From: the human T2T-CHM13v2.0 reference genome, Homo sapiens
Assembly (NCBI RefSeq): GCF_009914755.1
Contig: NC_060933.1
Length of the DNA stretch: 64,000 nt
Reading direction: 5' to 3' (one strand)
A program made the position numbers and the translations under genes. The notes under the pieces were generated by a model, which saw nothing but the letters and a program-made list of their open reading frames with translations, searched no databases and was not told the DNA's origin. Position 1 is the stretch's first letter; each line of letters begins with the position of its first letter. Of the stretch, positions 25,728 to 38,820 are shown one piece after another.

Positions 25728-26335
25728 ACATTGTTGGTGGGAAAGTAAATTAGCTAAACCTCTATGGAAAATGGTATGGAGAGTTCTCGAAGAACTAAAG
25801 ACCTTTTTGACCCAGCAATCCTACTACTGAGTGTCTATATAAAGGAAAAAGAATCATTAAATACAAAAGACACCTGAACTTGTATGTTCACTGCAGCATT
25901 ATTTACAATAGCAAAGCCATGGAACTAACCTAAGTGTCTTTAAATGGTTGACTGGATAAAGAAAATGTGGTATATATACAACACGGAATACTACTTAGTC
26001 ATAAAAAAGAATGAAATCATTTCTTTTGGAGCAACATGGATAGAGCTGGAGCCTATTTTCCTAAGTGAACTAAGAAAACCAAATACCACATGCTTTCACT
26101 TGTAAGTGGAAGCTAAAACATGGGTACATAAGGTGACAATGACAGAAATAATAAACACAGGGGACTCCAGAAGAGGATAGGGCATGAGGGGTATGAGAGT
26201 TGAAAATAACTAATTGGGTATAATGTTCACAATTTGGGTAATGGGTACTCTCAAAGACTAATCCCCACCTATATGCAATATATCTATGTAACAAACCTGC
26301 ATATCTACCCCTGAATCTAAAATTTAAAAAATAAT
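25728..26335 (+). mobile_element. L1PB4-like 3' end
   Basis: acctctatggaaaatggtatggag...tatgcaatatatctatgtaacaaacctgcatatctacccctgaatctaaaat. Confidence 0.85.
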
Positions 26336-26339
26336 TTTT

Positions 26340-27200
26340 ATTTAGAATATATAAACAACACTCCACATTTAGTTAAAACAAAAAAGTATTCTGTTAGAAA
26401 ATGATCAAAATAAATCAACATACTTCTCACTTTAGAAGATATACCGGTGGAAAAAAGCACATACAAATATGTCTGATATCACTTGCCATAGGATTCAGCA
26501 ATTGCACTGTTAGGCACTTATTCCAGATAAATGGAATCTTAAGGTCACAAAAAAACCTATACAGAAGTGTTCATAACAGATTTACTTGTAATAGGCATAA
26601 ACTGGAAATTTTAATAAGTGAATGTTAAAAAAACTTTGGTATTCCCATGTCATGGAATACTATTTAGCATTTAAAAGGCTATTGATATGCACAACAGCAT
26701 GCATAGATCCAGGTTCAAAAACTATGTTGAATATAAAAAGCCAATCTCAAAATAATACGCTATTATTCTACCTATGCAGCATTCTTAAAATGACAACAAG
26801 GTAGAGATGAAAACAGATTAATGGTTGCCAGGGGTTGGAGGTGGTGGTGGAGGGTGGTGGCTGTGGCTATAAGAGAAAAACAGGTGGGACAAAATGATTT
26901 TGAAACATACTCACATGATGGTCACATAAATGTAACCATGATAAAATAGCTTATTACAAAACAGCCACATACACGCACACACACACAAACACACACACAT
27001 GCACACACAGTGCATGTAAAACTAGTTGGTCTGAAATAAAGTCAAATGATTTTCATGAATGCCAATGTCCTTGCTGTGACTTATAGCAGGTTTAAGAAAG
27101 ATGCTTCGATTTTGAGTAAATTGGATGAATGGTATAGTAATCACTCCATATTATTTCTTATAACTATGCATGAAACCACAATTATCTCAAAATAAAAAAT
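26340..27200 (+). mobile_element. L1MD-like 3' end with internal imperfect (CA)n
   Basis: ORF2-end motifs then tgcatgtaaaact...attatttcttataactatgcatgaaaccacaattatctcaaaataaaaa; CA-rich tract ~26966-27009. Confidence 0.75.
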
Positions 27201-28179
27201 GAAAAAGAAAAGTAATAGGAACAAAATAGCTATGTGGTTCACTTTATTTAGGGATCATAAAAAATGTAGAATAATCTGAGTTTTATTCCTGTTTCTTAGT
27301 ATTATAAAAATCTATTTTTGAGTTATATAGTTCTTTAAGTACATGGACACGCATCTAATTTTTTTCATTTCTACCACTGCAGACTTGTTACAAGCATTGT
27401 TCTGAGTAAGTAATTTTATCTGAAGAGAAATGAATATTCTTTGTGTAATTTAATTCCATTTACAGAAAGTACTACGGGTGTTCTATTTAACTCATACTAT
27501 TTCAAAACAATATCTCTATTAGTACCTGACATCCTGATTCCTTAGTACTCAAACTGGTATGCTTGAAAATTGAAGTTTCATTTAATTTTTAAAATTTACC
27601 AATTTGCACCTGCATGAAATTTCTAAGACATCCTATTCAGAGTACGAGGTACTTACTCATCATTAAGTAGGCATATGGCTGTCTCTTCTCCCTATTCCTT
27701 TACACTGATGCATTTTCTGCAAAAGATTCTGAAATGCTATGTTAAATAATCATACAAAATTTTTTAAACAAAATGCAGAAGTTTCTTGTATCTAAATTAC
27801 ATCTAAGGCCATGACCTCCAGTATCTTTTTGATGTTTCTCTACGTTTCTACTCAAACTCGAAACTCTGAAACACAGTTGTTATTACAGTATTTTTTCATT
27901 TTACTTTTTATTCCAAACATGTAAGATTGGGAAATATGTTTTGGTGCCAATGCTTTTGAAGCAGTGAGGACTACAAAGGATTCTTTATTACCAAAATCAT
28001 GAGGCTGACCTTTACTAATTATGGAGCAGATGATAGTCACAGGATTGCTTTCTTTAGGGTAATTTATTAGTTTGAACACATGATAGGTACCTGAATTCTA
28101 CAACCATAAGTCAAATAGATCTGAATTCAATGACTTTGGTGTGAAAAAGGAACCCAGAGATGAATCTTCCCATGTAATT

Positions 28180-28285
28180 TAATTTACCATGCACTTCTTG
28201 TGTACTTTCTGCATGCCAGACACTGTGCTAGGCATATAAAGAAATAGTAAAACTAAAAAGTCTGGTCCCTAATCTCAAAATATTT
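28180..28285 (-). mobile_element. L2 fragment (continues after the MST LTR)
   Basis: gcatgccagacactgtgctaggc...ggtccctaatctcaaaa. Confidence 0.6.
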
Positions 28286-28697
28286 AGCAAATAGTTTCAA
28301 TATTTGACCCATCCAAATTATGTGTTGAAATTTGATCCCCAATGGGCCTAATCAGAGGTGTTCAGGTCATGGGGCAGATTCCTCGTAGTTAACTTGGTGT
28401 CATCCTTGTGGCAATAAGTGAGTTCTCGCTCTATTAGATTTTGGGACAGCTGGTTGTTAAATAAAGCCTGGCACCTTCCTCCCCCTTCTCTCTCTCGCTT
28501 TCTCTGTCTCTATGTGCTCTCCACATGCTGGCTCCCCATCTTCTGCCACGAGTGGAAGCAGCCTGAGGCTCTCACATGATGCAATAGCCAGCAACGTTCT
28601 TCTACAGCCTGTAGAAGTGTGAGCCTAATAAACCTCTTTTCTCTATAAATTACCCAGCCTCAGATATTTCTTTCTAACAACACAAACAGACTAAGTT
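28286..28697 (+). mobile_element. MSTB-like MaLR solo LTR
   Basis: atagtttcaatatttgacccatcc...gttgaaatttgatccccaatg...aataaacctcttttctctataaattacccagcctcag...acagactaag. Confidence 0.88.
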
Positions 28698-31600
28698 AGC
28701 AACTAGGCAGGAAGAAAGCTCTCCGCACCAGTATTTACAATAAAGTGTGGTAAATAGTATGAAAAAGACCTCTTGCTTATGTTGATTATTCTTTAGTCTT
28801 ATGCCAATCCTGGATCTCAGATTCACAGTTTGTAAATAACACTGTGTAAAATCAGTTTGGCTGTTAAACTAAAGACAACCTAGTGATAATTCTCATGATC
28901 TCTTGTGAAATTCTGTTACAGAAAAAATAGATAAAGTCAGTTTATTCTGAAAGGTTAATCAATAACCTCCATGTCACTCCTCAATAGAAATGTGGAACTT
29001 ACACTCTCTTTTTACTCATTGTGTTCCTTGGATTGGCTTTCTAGATAAATTATTTGGTTGGAAGATCTCTATGCTCCATTTTCTATTTTATATTCACATA
29101 TTAATTTCTAGGAATAGATACTTTGGTATTTGTAAGGCAGGTATCAGAGATAAAAATGGGATAACAAGGTAGAAATTAAGAAACTAATGTTTATATACAT
29201 ATATACGTATATATAATATATATTAGTTTCTGTATTTGTATTATTTTTGTTGTATTATTTAATCTTGTTGTATAGTTTAATCCTCATAATTACCCCAAGT
29301 TTTTATATTTTCCATTTCTCATGACAAGACTAAGTTAAAACACAACACAATGCAATACAATAAAATATAATACACGGCCAAAATAAATTTAGAAAACTTA
29401 TAGCATAAAAACATACTCTTTTAATAAGTGACAAACGTGGGAATACAAACAGAGCTCTGTTTGATGTCAAAATCTTGATATGCCGAATGGCATTGACAGC
29501 TTTCTGGTTACATGCAATAAAGATGTATGCTTTGAAATTTGAAATTTTTAAAATATAGCCAATTAGCATTTCCTGGCGAATTTCCATAATCATTTACAAC
29601 TGAATGTTTGCTTTGAGACTTGGATGCAAATACTCATTCTAATTTTACAGCAGCTATTTCATGTTCCTCCTGGAAACAAAGGTAAGTACAGGATTGCAAC
29701 TTAGGGGACAGTGACTTGTACAAGAACAGAATTCATTTCATGTATTCAGAACTAACACATAAAGGCAATTTAGTAAGATAAGTGTTAATTGGTAGGTGTG
29801 TTTTTCCTTCTTTGTTTTTTTGGTTTAAGTGACTTTTTGAAATTGTGTTAATTCTGGCATCTTCTAGACAGGAGCTTGAGAGCGGTAGATAACATGAGAA
29901 CATTATTGCCTTTTAATTTTATAAATATACATTTTATTCACTTATTCATTCATTTTTTTTTTTCAGTGTGAAGGTGATGATTCTCTTTTACCAAATTTTT
30001 CTAATAGTTTTATGCAGTAGTTCAGGTCATTCAGACCTGAATGTTTACAAATTAGAAAAATGACCTGACAGCATATTCTGATATTTCTACCTTGCTTCCC
30101 CTGTGAAATTTAATCATATTTTAGCCACTTCAGTCTCTTTAAGTTCTTTATTCTGTCCCCTGTGATTGAACTCCCACACCATCCTGAGAACTGATCCCCA
30201 TGTCACGATTCATAGGATTCACTCGCTAACAAATATCTATTTATGTTTTATACATAATATGCTGGGGAGGGGTTCTACAGATAAATGTTTGCCCCCTGCT
30301 TCAATGCTAGCTTTTATAGGATGAAGTAAAAAGATTTTCTTTCATACTGTGGTCTTCCTGGTTTTTACATGTTTTTAACTTTTGTGCTATAGCATCTTAG
30401 ACATGGTGAATGTCCAACTTAATAAATGAAAGCTAGAAAACTGAAGTTTTCTTCCCTAGGATTAAAACCTCATTGAACTATAGAATTCACTATCTTATTT
30501 TAATGGCAATACCTTCTTTCTGTTTCTCCTTAATGCACTGGAAGGGCTATCTTAGAAAATCTGACTCTCTCAGGGCCTCGTAACCCCATCTGTCTGTGGT
30601 AACTGTCTTAGGCAGTCCTCAGACAACGGGATAGAATGCTTTATGTTGACAACCATTTTAGACTGCCTAAGCAATGAGAGGTATAGCTTCACATATGGAT
30701 TTTGGAAGTTAATGTGTACTGAAAGGAAAATGTATCACCTATTTTACCAGGTGGCCATTGCTCCAGCAGGAATTAGAAGTGGCCTTTGGGGAAGCAGGAA
30801 CTGATGAATTAGGCTCATCTGAAATCACTTGTAGCCATAAAAAAATGTTGCTCTGATAATCAGGATGTTAGCCCCAGTGTTCTGGAGAAGTTCCAGTTCT
30901 ATAATTACTTCTGCCTACCTACTTTCCTCCCTGCAGTTTTAATAAGATTATTTTCTTTGCCTTGAAAAGTAAATTTTAAAAGCTAATAAAGCCATACCCA
31001 GTTAAAGCAACACTATAATGACTTAATACATATTTACTGAAATTTAAATTTAAGAATAAAATGACTATACATTTTCTTATCAAAATATTTAACTATATGC
31101 TTCAAATAGATCTTTGTTCATATAAAGACAATTAGAAACAGTTGTATTCGATCACCTTAAAGTTCATGTGGGAATCTGAAAATTTCAGAAATGTTCTATT
31201 TGCAATACAACTTTTGGAAAAATAATCAACAGACAATATAATATTCATTTTATTTTTTGGACTACAGGCTTTATTCTAAACACTATTAATATGCTTAACT
31301 ATTAATTCATGATTCTGAGGTCTCTGAATTGACATGTCATTTAGAATTGTTTACTGGTGTCTTTTAAAAAATCTCCTTGATGTTCATGACAAAATTCCAA
31401 TAGTGGAAAGGTGAATTAGCAAATTTTAAAAATTGCTGCAATATTGTTAATTCATTTTATTTATCGGAATGAAAAGAACTCCCAGGTTGCAAAGAGAGCT
31501 TTGATATTGCCCTTGCTACTCTCAGAGGAATTGAAAACTTTCCTTAATAGCTGAATCACAAAGATGGCTTTTTAAAAAAGAGGAGTTGTATGTAAAAGAA

Positions 31601-31713
31601 CAGAAATGTAAATTTTTTACATTTATCAATTTACATAGTAAAAACTTATTGCAGTTTAGCTATTAAAATTGTTTATTATATATGATATACAATGCAACTA
31701 ATATTATATTTTA

Positions 31714-32053
31714 CAAGTTGAGGATCCTTAATCCAAAAATCCAAAATCTGAGATCCAAATTCCAAAACCTTTTGAGTGCCAACATGATGATACGAGTGAA
31801 AAATTCCATACATAAGTAACTTACACAAACTTGTTTTATGTACAATATTACTTAAATGTTGTTAAAAAAAAAGTACCTTCAGCCTATGTGTATAATAAGG
31901 TGTATATATAACATAAATGAATTTCACATTTAGACTTGGCTCTCATCCGCAAGATATCTCATTAGGTATATGCAAATATTAAAAATGTGGGAAAATCCCA
32001 AACCCAAAACATTTTTGGTTTCAAGCATTTTACATAAGGTAATACTCAACCTA
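31714..32053 (-). mobile_element. Tigger4b (Zombi/MER46-type) TcMar DNA-transposon MITE
   Basis: TIRs caagttgaggatcc / tactcaaccta with TA target duplications at 31712-13 and 32054-55; internal atccaaaa repeats; aagatatctcattaggtatatgcaaatatt. Confidence 0.9.
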
Positions 32054-33309
32054 TATTACCACATTATTATTACGTAATTTTTTTAGTCTTCTGTTACATC
32101 ACATCAATTACCACATAGCAAGATTTATACCATAATAAAATTTTGGCAAAACAATATTTTCCTCAGGTTAACAAAAATGTGAACTTCTAGAGATGGAAGT
32201 GTTGTTGTTCTGCTACCTTCTTATTTGTACTGTACTTGCTGTTCTGAAAAACATATTTCTTACTAGCAAACTTCTCAGTGATGTGACAATTACACCCTAA
32301 AAATCATACACTGGAGAATAATCTGGGAAGCACTGTAACAGGACTATCTAAAGGTCATTTGGAGGGGATTAGCAGAAAAGGGCATAGCTACAGAAGAGTG
32401 GCTCTGGATCTTGGACAGTATCTGTCACTATTGGGTTAATGAGTAAGAATGTTTGGTGGCTGACATGAACATTACATTTCTTTTACCAATGTTAGTAGCA
32501 TAGAGAGATAGTATTAAAGTGGTTGCTTACTTTTATGATATTTTTTCTCATAGAATCCTTCAATCATTTCGTAAATAAAGCAATGGCCTTTTATGAAGTT
32601 AATAAACTACAAATGAATTGAAGATGGATTCTAGAGTTAACAAGCCCTTGGCCCATGAGCGTGCTATCTCAATCTCCAGAGCAAAGTCTATTTTAATTAG
32701 TCTTTTCTCTGATGGATAGTTTGGTTTCATTCAAGGTTGGAAATGTTCCCACTGCAGAGGACTCCATAGCAGTATTTTCTTGCATGAAGAACCTGATATA
32801 GGAAGTAAAAACATTTTAGTCTCTTCTTGATAAGGTTCTTTTTTCCTTTTGCTCAGGCATTACCTGAATAACTTCAATACTTCTATTCTCAACATACTGA
32901 CTGATCTTTCTCATCCATTGATTTCAAATATCCAATAGACACTATAGACTTTAATATTTTGGGTGCTAATAAATACCTTAATATTTAAAGCTGGCATTTT
33001 CAGATATGGAAATGAACACTCTAGCTAACATGATTTGACCAAATTCATAGAGTGAGATAGAGTCTGACAAAGGACATTGAACAAATCCTTCCAAATTTTA
33101 AGGTAAAATAAACTTCACAAAGTGATGATATGGGAGATGAAGAGATACCACATTATGGCAGAAGATAAAAACATATTTCCATTGTAGGTTAATAGTGCAA
33201 ATATAGGTAAATTTTATTGCATAAAGCAAAATGTACCACCAGAAATAACTTGTGCATTTATTTCTTCAGGAATACAGTCTGTTTTACTGAGTGCCGTATG
33301 GTGAGTCAG

Positions 33310-33465
33310 ATGAGTATAATGAAAAATACATTGGATTGGTTTCAGTCAGTATAGCTTCTAACTTTGCCTACTGAAGATGGTAGTGTTTTAACTCTATGCA
33401 AATCTCTTGACTTCCCTGAGTCTTAGGAGGAAGTTGAACTTGATCACTCTTTTCAGCTCTGAGAT
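33310..33465 (+). mobile_element. MIR3/MIRc-like fragment
   Basis: gcaaatctcttgacttccctgagtct...ttcagctctgagat. Confidence 0.5.
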
Positions 33466-33714
33466 ATAACTCTCTAGTAGACAAAATCTTCATTTGTTTA
33501 AAATATATATACCTTTTAGAAACAAGGGACCAATTTAATGCATTTATTATGTCAATTTTGTAACTGAAGGAATTTCAAATACTTTATGCTTTTCGGGGGC
33601 AATTATTTGAAATTATGCCACTAGTGTTTATAGTCTAGTTTTTACTTTGTGTGTACCTGCACTATTAGATGCATATTATGCATAATCTTTATTATTTTAA
33701 AAATTAGTTATACA

Positions 33715-35491
<1,777 letters not shown>

Positions 35492-37742
35492 AGAATATGT
35501 GAAAATTATTATTCAAAACTGAATCCTTGCATGTGAGGTCCTTGTAATATTAATAGTAAAAATTACATATTAATGAAAAAACTAAAAAAAATTATGTGAA
35601 GCATACACACAAACATATGATAGAGATACTAATGCAAAGTGTATTGAAAAAAATGAGTCTTAAGGACAATGTAAATGTAGCACACAATGGGAGAAGGAAT
35701 GGGAAAGGAAGTAGAAAGGAACATTTGATTAGCATTATACTTTATTGTTAATTTGAAAGAAGCAAAGCAATTTCATTAACCTCTTATTTGTCTTATTGTA
35801 ATTTGGTTGGTGAATATTGTAGCTACAGTCCATACAAGGTCAAATAATATTGCTTATCGTCTCTAGAGTTCAGGCAGTTTTAATTGCACATTGGAAAACA
35901 AATATGTTTACGCTTTGCAGAATGTTTAGTGTTTAAATTGAGGCGAAGGAAACATCTGCGGTGTTACAAAGTGAGAGGCATAACTACAAAAATTAATCAG
36001 CTGACATTTTTCATTATAAGGCTGAATGACTTTCAAAAGACCATGGTAGCTGTGCTCATTTGGACACCGACATTAAAATGTTTTAGGTGCTTTATGGCAT
36101 CACTCTGACACTAATATGCCTTATCAAAAGATAATACTGCAGTGCTAAGAACACTGAAGAAGAAAGTAAGAGTGGCCAGAGGCCAGTTTGTTAACCTCTC
36201 TTTCCCTCTGTCCGTGAATATTTTATTCTAGTTGTGGCAACTAAATGTGAATAATAAAAAGATTTTCAGGGAATTTTTATCATATCATTTTCCATATAAA
36301 ATATTATTTTTGAAGCTTTTGTCTCTGGATCCTGTCTCCCTCAGCCCTCTTTGCCTGTTGAAAATCTATACATTTTTCTTAATCAGTTTAAGCATTCTTC
36401 TTCTATGAACTATTCCAAATATTCAGGCTGGCTTTAGTCCTCCATCTGTTTGTTATATTTATATCATGTTTCTCACTTTGGTAGGTAGCATTTAGTCTAC
36501 CTGGTTGATTATCTGTTATCTTTTCTGTTTCCTCTCTGGGCTAGCTTGGATCAGTGACTATGAATCCGCATGTACATACATTGAAACTACTAACACTCAC
36601 CGTGTGTGATGGAAAGCATGGGGTTCAATGCCTTTTTCTGAAATCTCACCAAAAGAAGAAGATAAAACAAATATATAGCATACCTAATAGTTAGAAAACT
36701 CAACAGTTACATTGGAGAGTTTATACAAATTAAAGAGCTGTGTTGTTCAACAACAAAACTGAATGCAGCCATTGAAATCAACAACCAGAACTATTATAGG
36801 GGCTACTGAAGAAATGTATATTGATTTAACAAGGTAACCCAGGAAACTTGCAGAGTGTGCTTTATGGTGTCATAATGGGTAAGTAACTTAACCAATCCTC
36901 TGCTCTGCATAAAACAATAGCTTTATTTGTGCTTTGTTCCTAGGTTAAATAAAACTCATATGAACAGCTTTCTACTCAGAAATGAATGATTTTTGTATGC
37001 CATACGCAAAGCATATTAGAGCTAGAAAGAAAAGGTGGTATTTTTGATAACTTTACCCCTCAAAATTTATACAGCTCACAGGCTGAAGCACATCATAGCC
37101 ACTTATCAAAACCAGGGGTTTCCTATTAGCAACAGCATTTTGTGCTAATAGCACAAAATCATTAGTTTGCTGCACTGATCATTTATTACAGCTTATTATC
37201 ACCAATCACCCTATTTATACGAATGGACAATGAATTACTATCAGATATATTAGGCAGATGAAGAGGGGAAAATAAAGATAACAAGCCCAATTAAAAAATC
37301 AACTTTCAAGAAAATAGGGAAATATAAAATTTAAAAATGTATGTTTAATTTGTATTGTCAGAAATTCAAGAAGATTTTACATTGGTAATACAAGAACAGG
37401 ATACCTTAATAAAAATAATTAGAGATTAAGTAAACATTTAAGGTATTATTTAAAAAAATAAATTGATTCAATGAATAGCAGAAATCATGTAGTTGAAAAG
37501 AAAATTTGTATTTGGAATACATGTTTCCTTAAATATTTCAAGAAATCCAAGTTAAACCAGTAAAGAGAACAACTTGTAAGTCATAAAATGATTCAGTAAA
37601 GTGGCCTGTCCTAAATCACATCTAACTTAAATACCAACAATAATTAATGAGAAGATATATTATCAAATATTTTATTCACACAAACTAGTAACAATACGAC
37701 ACACCCACACACACTTAGTGGCAAAAAAATGTGCAAAGTCTT

Positions 37743-38239
37743 TGTGGTAGAGAAAATAATGGCCCTGTAAGGATGCTTACACCCTAAACTCTGTAATCTG
37801 TGAATATGCTACCTTATATGGCAAAAAGAAATTTACATGTGATTAAGTTAATAATCTTGAGATGGATCTGTTATTATAGATTATTTAAGTTAGATTCAAT
37901 GTGATTATATCATGAAGATTCTTATAAAAGGGAAGCGAGAGGGTCAAAGTCAGAAAAAGGAGATGTGACAATGGAAACAGTTTGGAGTGATGCATGTTCA
38001 AGACTGAGGAAGGGTCCACAACCCAAGGACTGCAAATGGCCCCTAGAAGGTGGACAACACAGGAAAATGAATTCTCACTTGGAATTTCCAGAAAAAAACA
38101 CAGTTATGCCAAACCTTCATTTTAACCCTCTCAGTCACCCAGAATTCAGACCTCTAGAACTGAAAAATAACAAGTTTGTAATGTTTTAAGCCACTAAACT
38201 TGTGGTAATTTATCACAACAGCAATAGAAAACTAATATA
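37743..38239 (+). mobile_element. MLT1D MaLR solo LTR
   Basis: tgtggtagagaaaataatggccc...tgtgaatatgctaccttatatggcaaaaag...ttttaagccactaaacttgtggtaattt...gcaatagaaaactaatata. Confidence 0.9.
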
Positions 38240-38399
38240 GCCTGTAGAATTTTGATAAATCAAAACTCAAACTGTTGGGAAGAATATAAAAAAGCTTGCA
38301 TACATATGGTAACATATGAATTATTCCCCAATTAATCCATAAATTCTAAGCAACAAAATTAAAATGTTGTAGTCTTTACTCTTATTATAATCATTATAA

Positions 38400-38820
38400 T
38401 CAGTATAGCTATTAATCTCCTACTATGTGATAAGCATTGATTTACATGTCAGACGTAAAATCACAAGCAAAAATAGAAATAGTGTTGCTTACATTGAGGT
38501 TATAGTTTTGTGAAGAAGATAAAACTTTAAAAGATTATACATGCTTATATACATGCTGAGGGGTGTGTGTGTATGTCTGTGTCTATGTCTGTGTATTTCT
38601 CTGACAAAGGCAAGAAAGATGGAAGATACAGGGTTCTATGAGAAAATACAATTGGGTAACTAATCTAAGCAGCAACATCAGGAAGTGATATAAGAGCTAG
38701 GATCCACAGACTGAGTAGGAGGAGCTGGTATAGGAGGAAAGGAGAAGTAGCATGTGCAGAAGTGTTTTGTGAAAAGATTATACCTTGTTCATGGTTCATA
38801 GAAAGAAAGGTCAGCATATA
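38400..38820 (-). mobile_element. L2 fragment
   Basis: tcctactatgtgataagcattg...atacagggttctatgagaa...agcatgtgcagaag. Confidence 0.6.
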
